IMG/VR virus record: IMGVR_UViG_3300013094_000017
Coordinates: 195,420-259,419 of that record
Length of the DNA: 64,000 bases
Direction: 5' to 3' (one strand)
A program made the position numbers and the translations under genes. Each line of letters starts with the position of its first letter. Position 1 is the first letter of the stretch. Under the pieces are notes generated by a model. It saw nothing but the letters and a program-made list of their open reading frames with translations. It ran no database searches and had not been told where the DNA came from. Positions 55,453-64,000 of this stretch are shown here, piece by piece.

Positions 55453-55517
55453 GCTGATTGCTCCTTTATAGCATTAGAGTAGTTGGATATCCCCATATCG
55501 CGAACTACATTTATTTA
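55453..55517 (-). promoter_or_regulatory. late promoter plus conserved 5' hairpin (copy 3)
   Basis: minus: TAAATA-AAT-GTAGTT-CGC-GATAT-GGGG-ATATC-C-AACTAC-TCTAA...AAGGAG-CAATCAGC-TTG. Confidence 0.78.
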
Positions 55518-55582
55518 TCTCTTGACAGCACAGCCATCTTAGTGTATAATAAGTTATTGATCAATTAGAAAAAGGAAAGATT

Positions 55583-56905
55583 ATGGCTGACCCGTGTGAT
55601 AGTATTATTCGCATATTAAGAGATCACAATTCTCGACTTGATAAAGAATCTATTATCGAAGTGCAAGCACTAGAAAAAAATTCTGAATTTTTTGAAGGTT
55701 GCAAACTTGCCTATGACAAGATGATTACATTCGGAGTTAAGAAAATCCCAAGTCATAGTGGGCCAGATGGACAGGGACTGCCGTGGGCGGCTTTCTTAGA
55801 ATTAACGCATTTACTTTATACTCGTCAACTTACAGGTAATGACGCAATTTCTGCAATTGAACTAGCCTTGTCGGCCTCAACAGGATCTCAATGGAATGAT
55901 TGGTATAAATTGATCTTGCAGAAAGATCTAAGATGTGGCATCAGCGAAGTTACTATAAACAAAATAGCCAATAAAATTAATAAAGATTATACCATTAATA
56001 CATTTTCTTGTATGCTAGCACACGATGGCGCTAATCACGAGAAGAAGATTGCAGGTAAGAAATTACTTGAGCCTAAACTAGATGGCGTTCGTGTTCTAAC
56101 TATTGTTAATATGGATAATCGTACTGTTACCCAATACACTCGCAATGGTAAGTTACTAGAAAACTTTAGCCATATTACTCAAGCACTTGAAGCTAACATT
56201 GATGACTTTGAACGCAGTTTTGTTCTAGATGGTGAAATGATTAGTACCAGCTTCCAAGCACTTATGAAACAGGTACATCGCAAAGATGATGTTAAGGCAG
56301 ATGATGCTGTGTTAATGCTATTTGATATTATTCCTCTAAGTGAATTCCAAGCAGGCAAAAGCACACTTGGTCAGCGCCGCCGTTCAGCAATGTTAAAAGG
56401 ATTTAATCCTACGTTTGCCAAATGTGGCAACATTGGTGTTGTGCCACAAGAAGAAGTAGACCTAGATGGCTATGTGGGAGAACTGCAATTCTTAGAATAC
56501 AACAAAAACGCTATCGATGCCGGATATGAAGGCATTATGATTAAAGATGTAGATGCTAAGTATGAGTGCAAACGCAGTGTTAGTTGGTTGAAACAAAAAC
56601 CGTTCATTGAAGTATCATTAACTGTAACCGCAGTTGAAGAAGGTACTGGCAAGAACGAAGGTAAACTTGGTGCATTGGTTTGTGAGGGTGTAGATGATGG
56701 GAAACGTATTGTGGTCAATGTTGGCAGTGGGTTTACTGATATTGATCGCGAAGAGTATTGGGCCGGCAAGGAGGCTATGGTTGGGCAAGTTGTGGAAGTC
56801 CGAGCAGATGCAGCGACTCGGAGCCAGGATAGTGAGGATATTTACTCTCTACGGTTTCCGCGCTTCTTGCGATTCCGAGGATTTGCAGCAGGTGAAAAAA
56901 TCTAA
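55583..56905 (+). CDS. ATP-dependent DNA ligase
   Basis: EPKLDGVR (KxDG), LDGEM, FDI, EGIMIK, WLKQK, GSGF, LRFPRF; TTGACA-TATAAT upstream. Confidence 0.95.
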   Translation: MADPCDSIIRILRDHNSRLDKESIIEVQALEKNSEFFEGCKLAYDKMITFGVKKIPSHSGPDGQGLPWAAFLELTHLLYTRQLTGNDAISAIELALSASTGSQWNDWYKLILQKDLRCGISEVTINKIANKINKDYTINTFSCMLAHDGANHEKKIAGKKLLEPKLDGVRVLTIVNMDNRTVTQYTRNGKLLENFSHITQALEANIDDFERSFVLDGEMISTSFQALMKQVHRKDDVKADDAVLMLFDIIPLSEFQAGKSTLGQRRRSAMLKGFNPTFAKCGNIGVVPQEEVDLDGYVGELQFLEYNKNAIDAGYEGIMIKDVDAKYECKRSVSWLKQKPFIEVSLTVTAVEEGTGKNEGKLGALVCEGVDDGKRIVVNVGSGFTDIDREEYWAGKEAMVGQVVEVRADAATRSQDSEDIYSLRFPRFLRFRGFAAGEKI

Positions 56906-56906
56906 G

Positions 56907-57149
56907 ATGGATAAAGATGCTGTTAAAGATGTTACCTTTGGCGGGCTAGTAGAGATAGTTAAATCTAAAAGATACTATCGCTACAGTTCAGTAGGTCCAG
57001 AGTATAGCTATCTAACCGAAGATGGTGAGAAGATGATAGTTGAATACATCAATCTAATGGCATACAAAATACACCAAGCCGAAGAAGAAGAGCTCAACAA
57101 GCGAGCAAAGGAACTAACTATGAAAGCATTAAAGGGAGAGTCAGTTTAG
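56907..57149 (+). CDS. hypothetical protein
   Basis: start after the ligase stop (MDKDAV). Confidence 0.55.
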   Translation: MDKDAVKDVTFGGLVEIVKSKRYYRYSSVGPEYSYLTEDGEKMIVEYINLMAYKIHQAEEEELNKRAKELTMKALKGESV

Positions 57150-57367
57150 TGGCCAAAGAGGATTTAATCGAACTCGAGGGAGTTATAGAAGAGTTACTAC
57201 CTAACGCTACGTTCAAGGTTAGGATCAATGAAAAGCACACAGTATTAGCCACCATCTCTGGTAAGATGCGTCAGTTTAAAATACGTATTCTTGCTGGAGA
57301 TCGAGTCCGAGTTGAAGTCTCAACATACGATTTATCACGCGGTAGAGTTACCTACAGAGAAAAATAA
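57149..57367 (+). CDS. infA: translation initiation factor IF-1
   Basis: [23 protein letters not shown]...[35 protein letters not shown]; GTG start. Confidence 0.96.
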   Translation: MAKEDLIELEGVIEELLPNATFKVRINEKHTVLATISGKMRQFKIRILAGDRVRVEVSTYDLSRGRVTYREK

Positions 57368-57389
57368 ACAGGAGCCTTAGCTCCTGTTA
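57368..57389. terminator. hairpin between convergent infA and HNH genes
   Basis: AACAGGAGC-CTTA-GCTCCTGTT. Confidence 0.7.
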
Positions 57390-57391
57390 TG

Positions 57392-57913
57392 TTATACCTC
57401 AAGGCCTAAATACATTGGCCAACTTGGGTGCCGATGATCAAACGGTAATTTCTTACGTTGTTCTACTAATTGGTAGTAGTTTGGTTTGAACGGCACTTTC
57501 TTAGGGTTGATTCGATAATCATTACCTTTATCACTGTTACAATCACCACAGGCACAGGTACAGTTTTCAAACGTACTCTTACCACCTAGGCTTGTAGGCA
57601 GCACGTGATCTAATGTAGCAGTTTTTTGAGTAACATTGATACCGCAGTATTGACAAATAAATCCATCACGTAAGAATACGTTGGCTTTACTAAAGCGAAC
57701 GATGTTCTTCTTTTTCATATATTCTTTCATCATAATAACCGCAGGTACTCGGGTACTCCAGTTTGCACTGTGTACAATCCAATCCTCGTGCCATTCCATT
57801 ACATGAGCTTTATCCAAGACCATATAACGAACAGCTTCCTGCCATGTGATAACACTCAATGGCAGCATTGAAATTGGTGTGCCGTCTGTGTTTAATACTA
57901 ATGTTGATTGCAT
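57392..57913 (-). CDS. HNH endonuclease (McrA/HNH_5-like)
   Basis: VFLRDGFICQYCG...TLDHVLP..GG...NCTCAC..CN..KGN. Confidence 0.9.
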   Translation of the reverse strand: MQSTLVLNTDGTPISMLPLSVITWQEAVRYMVLDKAHVMEWHEDWIVHSANWSTRVPAVIMMKEYMKKKNIVRFSKANVFLRDGFICQYCGINVTQKTATLDHVLPTSLGGKSTFENCTCACGDCNSDKGNDYRINPKKVPFKPNYYQLVEQRKKLPFDHRHPSWPMYLGLEV

Positions 57914-57975
57914 AATATATGTATTTATTTGTTTATAACGCTACTAGTATAACATAGAGTTGGGATTAGAACAAG

Positions 57976-58254
57976 TTAAATTTTGATATCACTATTGACA
58001 GATGTATTCCACATGCGTCTACGTTCTACACCTTTAGACTGTGCAAACTGTTTAGGATTGCAGTTAGAGCATACATGATAGTAGTCATTGCTGACCCTGC
58101 GAGGATCTATCTCTCCTCTAGTTCTTTCAAACCTAGCATTACAATTATCGCAGGTAAAGATCAGCATAGTTAAGGTGCGAGTATAATTGTGTACTACACC
58201 TTGTTTACTGGTGCGTTGGTATTGTTTAACAATCTTCCTAGAGTCGATATACAT
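57976..58254 (-). CDS. small zinc-binding hypothetical protein
   Basis: CDNC...HVCSNC; TAAATA-N5-ATG gives start 58254. Confidence 0.6.
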   Translation of the reverse strand: MYIDSRKIVKQYQRTSKQGVVHNYTRTLTMLIFTCDNCNARFERTRGEIDPRRVSNDYYHVCSNCNPKQFAQSKGVERRRMWNTSVNSDIKI

Positions 58255-58326
58255 AGAATTATTTACATTCGGATTATAAAATATACCGCTAAATATGTAC
58301 AAGAACACCATAGTAGGAATTATACA

Positions 58327-61300
58327 ATGTCAATACAATACATCAACACAGGTACCGCGGCCAACAAAGGTAACGGTGACACCCTTAGATTAGCATTCAC
58401 TAAGATCAATCAAAACTTTGCGGAGATTGCCGGTAGCAATAATGTTAAAGGATCAGTTGGTGAAGTTATATCTAATCCATCACTACAACGCGGTATTTCA
58501 GTAACATACAATACTGTAACACAATATGCCAGCTTCCTAGTTAACATAGCCAATACCAGCACCTTAGGCGGAGTTAAAGTTGGTAATGGTATTAGTGTAG
58601 ATGGCACTGGAGTAATTAGTGCGTTCGATGGCAACTACAATAACCTAGCAAATATTCCGCAGGCCTTGGGCACTACTGATAGCCCAACATTTAATAATGT
58701 ACACATCACTGGCAATGTTGACATTGCTGGACAAACTACTATTGTTAATTCAACTGTGGTAACCACAGACGACCTAACATTAACTCTAGCCCACAATTCA
58801 GCAAATGCTGCGGCCAGCAATGGCGCCGGTATTATTGTTAACGGTCCTGTAACTCCTGCTAGTATTACCTATAACAGCGACAATGATTCTTGGGTGGCTA
58901 ATAAACCATTTATCGCAACCAACATATCCATCGGTGGAAACAATGTTGTTACTGCAAACCAATTAGGCGATATCACATTCTCAACTAATGTAATTGGTAC
59001 CAGTAACGCAGGTGAAGATCTAGTACTTACTCCTAATAGTACTGGTACATTGGTCTTAAACAAAATCAGTACATTGAAGGCCTCTGGTACTATCTATCAA
59101 GGTACTGCCTACGATAATATAGAATATACCGATACTTCAATTCGTGTTGATGCCGACACCAACAGTTACGCACAAATGATTATGAAGAATCACAATGCTG
59201 GCGATAATGCCAGTACTGATTTGGTCATACTAAATGACAGTGGTAATGACTTTACTAATCTAATCGACCTTGGTATTAACAGCTCAGGATATAATCAAAG
59301 TGCCTACAGTGTAACACAACCAGGTGACGGATACTTGTTCACAGATGGTGGCAATTTGGTATTAGGTACCCAGAGCCCAGGTAAAGCGATTATATTCCAT
59401 GCAGGCGGAACCACTACAGATGATGCAGGCGGTTCACTAACACAGTACGCTTGGACATTTAACAGACGAGTAACAACCATAGTCAACCAACCTGCTCGCT
59501 TAGATTTCTTAGTACAAAACACCAGTAATAATGTAGAAGCAAGCTCTTATTATCAAGCACAAAACGATTTAAACGATTACATACGAATGGGTGTAAACTC
59601 TAGTCAACGAGTTGATGGCAACATCTTACAAGGTGAGGCATTCTTATATCCAAGTAGTTCTGGTGGTACATTCCACATCGGTAATCACTCTAATATAAAT
59701 TTCTATACCGATCCAGATGCTGGATATACAGGCACTCCTACATTGGTATTGAACTATGACCAAGGTGCTGCTATATTAGATGCTGATTGGATCCCAAATA
59801 AAGATAACACATATAACCTAGGTAATTCAACCAGCACATGGCAGGCATTGTATCTAAACTCTACATCAACTGTGGCATTTGGCACCAACCAATTAGCACT
59901 TGATAATTCAGGCAATGTTCTAGTTAACAGTACACCAATCTTAGGCAGTATCGAAATAACCGGCGCAACAATAACATCAAAAGATACCTACGGTCCTTTA
60001 ATTTTATTAGGCAATGGTGTTACTAGAAATGCTTCTATCCAATTTACTCCAGAATCTACTGAGATTGATGTATATGGTAGTTTTATGTCTGGACCTCCAA
60101 ACACTTATGATTTAGGTGGACCTTTCAATCATTGGCGCGGTGTATGGGTAGGCACCGACGGTATACAATTCCTTGATGGCAGCTCATTAACATCAGCTAA
60201 CAGTGTAGGAGCTCAGGTTGTAGTTAACTCTACAGGTACAGTGGCCAATACAGGTACATTATGGTATAGTACAATTGATGGTAGACTATACGTTGGGTAT
60301 GACGGTACATTTGTTGATACAAATCCTTCTCCTGTACTTGACCTATCAACTGTTACACAAAATATTATTCCAGGCGTAGATTTAACCTATGATTTAGGTA
60401 GTCCAACTAACCAATGGCGTAGCCTATATGTAGGCACATCAACTATCTATTTTGGAGGAGTTCCTCTTACAGTTGACACCTTAACAAATACACTGTTATT
60501 AAATGGCTCGCAAATAACAGGTGGTTCTGCAACAACCTCAACTTTGGTCAATGGTGGTCCTAGTGTCACAGTAGACAGTAATGGGGTCCTTTCAACACCA
60601 AATAATGTAATATCTAGCGGTACAGTATTTGCTACCGGATTAAACACTACTGGACAAATTGTTATACCTAATAATGGGGTTGCTGGCGGACTTGTTTCGC
60701 AAAATGGTCAAGGAAACATTTATTTCAATACTGACAACAGTCTTAATTTCATTGTCGATGGAACTTATCAACATATATTCAATGCCGACGGCACTATAAT
60801 ATTTGGCGGTGGATACATATTCCCTAATACTCAAGGAACTCAAGGTCAAATTTTAGTATACGATCCATCTGGTTCTGGAGATTATACTCTGCGTTGGCAA
60901 AATCCACCAACTGCGGTTTCATCACTGACCAACGATATCGGATACATCACAGCCAATTACCCAGGTACTTTTGAATCAACCGGCCTACAGGTAAATGGTA
61001 ACGCACACGTTACAGGTAATTTACAAGTAGATGGAGTGTTTACTTTCACTGGCACAGCCACAGTTATCAGCGTAAGTTCTGCTACATTCTTTGGTAATGC
61101 CAACGGTTTTGGTGCGTTCTACGCAGGGGTAGTTGGTTATACTCCACTACCTTATACAGTAGCACAGTTTACAGCCAACTACGGCGACTACAGCCAGATT
61201 AACTTCCAAAACTTAAACAATAGTGCCACAGCGTCAACTGATTGGGTGGCCACAGCAGACAATGGCAGTGACTCTACTAACTTTATCGACCTAGGTATCG

Positions 61301-63120
61301 CAGGCAGTAATTGGAACGGCACACAGGCCAACAGTCTTGGCACAGCCTTAGGTGCTAATGATGCTTATCTATATGCTCAAGGTGGTACAGGTGGCGGTAA
61401 CCTAGTATTAGGTACAACCAGCATAGGCAAGGCAGTTAAGATCTTAGCAGGGCAATCAGGTGCCGCAGGAGTTGTGGCACAGTTTAATGCTAATGGGTTG
61501 ACACTAAGCACAGGAACAGGCATTACATTCCCTGACGGTACACAACAAACTAGTGCTGTTAGTTCTACAGGTACAGTGGTACTGAGCACACTTAATGTTA
61601 CTAATCTAAGTGCAACTAACATTACAATCAATGGACAAACTGTTACAGCTGGAATCAGTACTGCCACAGTTAATGCTTTAATCGCAAATAGTCTAACAAA
61701 CTATGCAACACAAAGTTATGTAACAGGTCAAGGATACTTAACGTCAAGCACAGTTAATCAATATGTAACCAGTGGAATTAGTACAGCTTCTGTTAATGCA
61801 TTAATTGCAAATAGTTTAACCAACTATGTTAAGATAGGTACAACTGCTAATTTTATAGGCACAGGTACAGCAAGTTCAACTAATACAGGTATCTTACAGG
61901 TACAAGGCGGCGCTGGTATTAGCGGCAATCTATATGCTAATACAATTTACAGTGGTGATGGATATTTCAGAGGACCAGCAGGATACGGAAATATATCTCT
62001 TGCTTCGGGCGGCAGTGTTTATCTAAGTGAAGTTGTTATAAACGGCACTGGATTAATTAAAGGTCCAGGTGGAAGTACACACATCGCATTGCTTTCAGGT
62101 ACAGGTGGTAGTGTTAAGTTTTATAATACTGCTAGTATTGCAGGTACAACATCTGCTACTTCAACTACAACTGGTGCTTTAGTAGTAAGTGGAGGAATTG
62201 GTGTAGGCGGCGATGTTTATGTTGGCGGCACCGTTACAGCTAACAAGTTTGTCGGTGATGGTTCAAGCCTAACTAATGTTACAGTAACACAACAGGCTAA
62301 CATTGTTGGTGTACAGCCTAATGTAACTTTAGTAGCAGGCAGTTACAGTTATGTGTTTGATAACACCAGTAACTTTACAATGCCTACTAATGGTGATATC
62401 ATAGTACCAGGCGCCAGTGGTAATATTAATGTAGGTAATACTGTATCTGCCGCCCAGACTGGTACTTCAGGTGGCTATGCTTTCATAGCAGGACCCGGCG
62501 CCACAAGTCAAGTAGCGTTGGGATTACAAGGTACAACTGGCACAGCGGCCAACATGGCCATTCGTGATAACTCTACTGTAGCAAGTAGCATCTATTACGA
62601 TGTAAGTATCGGTGGTGCAAGTCACGGTATGCATCAGTTTAGAGGAACAAGCGGTTATACACAGTATGCTCAAATTGATCGTTATGGCATTAACTTGCCA
62701 ACTCGTCCTGCGTTCCGTGTATATGGTGCAGGCACAACAAATAATTTGTCAACAACAGTTAACACTAATGGAATATTAAACGGCAATAACTACGCAGTTG
62801 ATTATCAACAGAGTACAGCATTGAATACATCAACAGGCGTGTTTACGGCTCCAGTCGCAGGTTTATACAGCATCCATCTTAACGCCCGTGTTTACAACAA
62901 TACTGCACCGTTAGCACAGGTCATTGTCATAAAGAACTACAATACTAGTACTAGCGCAAATATGGTCATGTGGGAATCAGGGGCTAATCCTTCAATCAAC
63001 CATTTTGGTGTCAGCACCATAGCCAAACTAGCAGTAGGCGACACGCTAGTAGCCAAGGTAACAGTAGGATCAATCAACTTTGATGCCAACGACAGTTGGG
63101 CAGTGGCCTACATAGGATAA
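58327..63120 (+). CDS. long tail fibre/spike-like protein with C-terminal C1q-like domain
   Basis: INTGTAANKGNGDTLRLAFTKINQNF N-terminus; G/T/N/S-rich repeats; GVFTAPVAGLY C1q motif; SD AGGA before ATG 58327. Confidence 0.8.
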   Translation: MSIQYINTGTAANKGNGDTLRLAFTKINQNFAEIAGSNNVKGSVGEVISNPSLQRGISVTYNTVTQYASFLVNIANTSTLGGVKVGNGISVDGTGVISAFDGNYNNLANIPQALGTTDSPTFNNVHITGNVDIAGQTTIVNSTVVTTDDLTLTLAHNSANAAASNGAGIIVNGPVTPASITYNSDNDSWVANKPFIATNISIGGNNVVTANQLGDITFSTNVIGTSNAGEDLVLTPNSTGTLVLNKISTLKASGTIYQGTAYDNIEYTDTSIRVDADTNSYAQMIMKNHNAGDNASTDLVILNDSGNDFTNLIDLGINSSGYNQSAYSVTQPGDGYLFTDGGNLVLGTQSPGKAIIFHAGGTTTDDAGGSLTQYAWTFNRRVTTIVNQPARLDFLVQNTSNNVEASSYYQAQNDLNDYIRMGVNSSQRVDGNILQGEAFLYPSSSGGTFHIGNHSNINFYTDPDAGYTGTPTLVLNYDQGAAILDADWIPNKDNTYNLGNSTSTWQALYLNSTSTVAFGTNQLALDNSGNVLVNSTPILGSIEITGATITSKDTYGPLILLGNGVTRNASIQFTPESTEIDVYGSFMSGPPNTYDLGGPFNHWRGVWVGTDGIQFLDGSSLTSANSVGAQVVVNSTGTVANTGTLWYSTIDGRLYVGYDGTFVDTNPSPVLDLSTVTQNIIPGVDLTYDLGSPTNQWRSLYVGTSTIYFGGVPLTVDTLTNTLLLNGSQITGGSATTSTLVNGGPSVTVDSNGVLSTPNNVISSGTVFATGLNTTGQIVIPNNGVAGGLVSQNGQGNIYFNTDNSLNFIVDGTYQHIFNADGTIIFGGGYIFPNTQGTQGQILVYDPSGSGDYTLRWQNPPTAVSSLTNDIGYITANYPGTFESTGLQVNGNAHVTGNLQVDGVFTFTGTATVISVSSATFFGNANGFGAFYAGVVGYTPLPYTVAQFTANYGDYSQINFQNLNNSATASTDWVATADNGSDSTNFIDLGIAGSNWNGTQANSLGTALGANDAYLYAQGGTGGGNLVLGTTSIGKAVKILAGQSGAAGVVAQFNANGLTLSTGTGITFPDGTQQTSAVSSTGTVVLSTLNVTNLSATNITINGQTVTAGISTATVNALIANSLTNYATQSYVTGQGYLTSSTVNQYVTSGISTASVNALIANSLTNYVKIGTTANFIGTGTASSTNTGILQVQGGAGISGNLYANTIYSGDGYFRGPAGYGNISLASGGSVYLSEVVINGTGLIKGPGGSTHIALLSGTGGSVKFYNTASIAGTTSATSTTTGALVVSGGIGVGGDVYVGGTVTANKFVGDGSSLTNVTVTQQANIVGVQPNVTLVAGSYSYVFDNTSNFTMPTNGDIIVPGASGNINVGNTVSAAQTGTSGGYAFIAGPGATSQVALGLQGTTGTAANMAIRDNSTVASSIYYDVSIGGASHGMHQFRGTSGYTQYAQIDRYGINLPTRPAFRVYGAGTTNNLSTTVNTNGILNGNNYAVDYQQSTALNTSTGVFTAPVAGLYSIHLNARVYNNTAPLAQVIVIKNYNTSTSANMVMWESGANPSINHFGVSTIAKLAVGDTLVAKVTVGSINFDANDSWAVAYIG

Positions 63121-63123
63121 ACG

Positions 63124-63831
63124 ATGATCATCCAAGGTGTGACTATTAAAAATACTACTGTGGCTGATCCCTACATCACCACCAGTAATCTTGCCATATG
63201 GCTTGATGCCAATAACTCATCAAGTTATCCCGGTACGGGCACGGCTATTACAGACTTATCAGGCAATAGTCGTACTCATACACTTAGCAACAGTAATCTC
63301 TATACTACACTTGGTGGAGTGAAATGTTTCAACTGCTCGTCTGTAGGGCAGGTCATCCTGGCTATGTCCCAATCCACTATACCGATAGCCACAAACTTTA
63401 CCTATATTACATGGACTAGAGTGCGAGCCAGTACCTCAGGGTTTAGAACCCTGTTCAGATCCGGCGGCACAGGCGGACATGCTATCATTATCAACAACGG
63501 AACTAACACCCTAGGCATGTGGGATAATCTTCCTGACAACACTGGATTTAACAGTTCAGGCTACGATATGTCGGCTTATAATGATGTTTGGGCTCAATGG
63601 GCCGTAGTAGGTGATGCTTCAGGGCAAACATTCTACATCAACGGACAACAGGTAGGATCCTCAACAGCTAAATCAGTTGCTGGCCAATATCACTATGCCT
63701 GGGGCAATATTCAATCAGCTAACGACCAGCCCTGGGGCTATGTAGCCAACATGTGTTTATACAATACCAAACTTACCCAGGTACAGATACAACAGAACTA
63801 CGGATACTATAAAACGCAGTTCGGAGTTTAA
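63124..63831 (+). CDS. LamG/concanavalin A-like lectin-fold virion protein
   Basis: WLDANNSSSYPGTG..ITDLSGN; FYING; LYNTKLT..QIQQNY. Confidence 0.8.
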   Translation: MIIQGVTIKNTTVADPYITTSNLAIWLDANNSSSYPGTGTAITDLSGNSRTHTLSNSNLYTTLGGVKCFNCSSVGQVILAMSQSTIPIATNFTYITWTRVRASTSGFRTLFRSGGTGGHAIIINNGTNTLGMWDNLPDNTGFNSSGYDMSAYNDVWAQWAVVGDASGQTFYINGQQVGSSTAKSVAGQYHYAWGNIQSANDQPWGYVANMCLYNTKLTQVQIQQNYGYYKTQFGV

Positions 63832-63869
63832 CAAATTTACAATAAATATGACAAACAGGATCAAATAAG

Positions 63870-64000
63870 ATGGCAATATTAAACTTTCCAAACACTAGAC
63901 AAGATGGTAGCCCGTTACAGGCAAATGATCAGTATACAGGCGATAATGGAGTTACTTATATCTATGACGGAGCCAAGTGGATAGGACATGCTGTCGCACA
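63870..64000 (+). CDS. start of another fibre-type protein (truncated by the window end)
   Basis: MAILNFP...NGVTYIYDGAKW; TAAATA and AGGA upstream. Confidence 0.6.
   Translation, partial: MAILNFPNTRQDGSPLQANDQYTGDNGVTYIYDGAKWIGHAVA

Noticed and set aside
57392-57913. HNH gene as another member of the hairpin-led module
   Set aside because: It has TAAATA but no GTAGTT/AACTAC hairpin, and it is an McrA-type HNH
1156-61667. Many short ORF-track entries antisense to or nested in long genes (e.g. 1156, 2972, 4544, 6544, 12584, 18588, 26778, 34044, 44262, 51230, 58410-61667)
   Set aside because: Shadow frames of well-supported genes without their own expression signals
1-64000. Stop codon reassignment as in some jumbo phages
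   Set aside because: Core genes (terL, uvsX, gp41, ligase, fhs) are full length in the standard code, and TAA, TAG and TGA all end genes
58327-64000. Diversity-generating retroelement acting on fibres
   Set aside because: No reverse transcriptase and no repeat pair differing only at adenines; the internal duplication differs at synonymous sites

Overview
64 kb from a large, AT-rich, T4-like (jumbo) tailed dsDNA phage in the standard genetic code. No host chromosome is evident. Layout: (1) 1-21.8 kb is a + strand core block: gp4-like head completion nuclease, TerS/TerL, internal-head-type proteins, gp32 SSB, UvsX/UvsY/UvsW, clamp-loader-like subunit, a mini DnaE-like protein, primase, gp41 helicase and a nucleotidyltransferase. 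(2) 21.8-23.3 kb and 49-50.8 kb hold four glycosyltransferase-like genes. (3) 24.7-37.2 kb is an early region of 23 near-identical sigma70 promoter + leader cassettes driving small genes, including TraR/DksA, an ArfA-like peptide, an AAA ATPase and a SleB hydrolase. It is bounded on the left by a terminator plus a G-quadruplex motif. (4) 37.4-39.8 kb has tRNA(CAT), a second tRNA gene split by an HNH gene, a candidate 78-nt ncRNA, an RpoZ homologue and a TA-rich repeat region (candidate origin or terminus). (5) 39.8-49 kb is a run of small + strand genes, about 15 sharing a C-terminal F-x-L-[KR]-W motif, with fhs inside. (6) 50.8-64 kb has GIY-YIG/HNH genes, SleB, a nucleotidase, ErpA, DNA ligase, IF-1 and tail fibre genes. 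Most striking: a recurring TAAATA-N5-ATG geometry implying leaderless late mRNAs, two apparent AUU starts, a covarying hairpin ahead of three GIY-YIG genes, the split tRNA, and the [KR]W-tail gene family. All calls come from reading the sequence and recalled family motifs; no searches were run.
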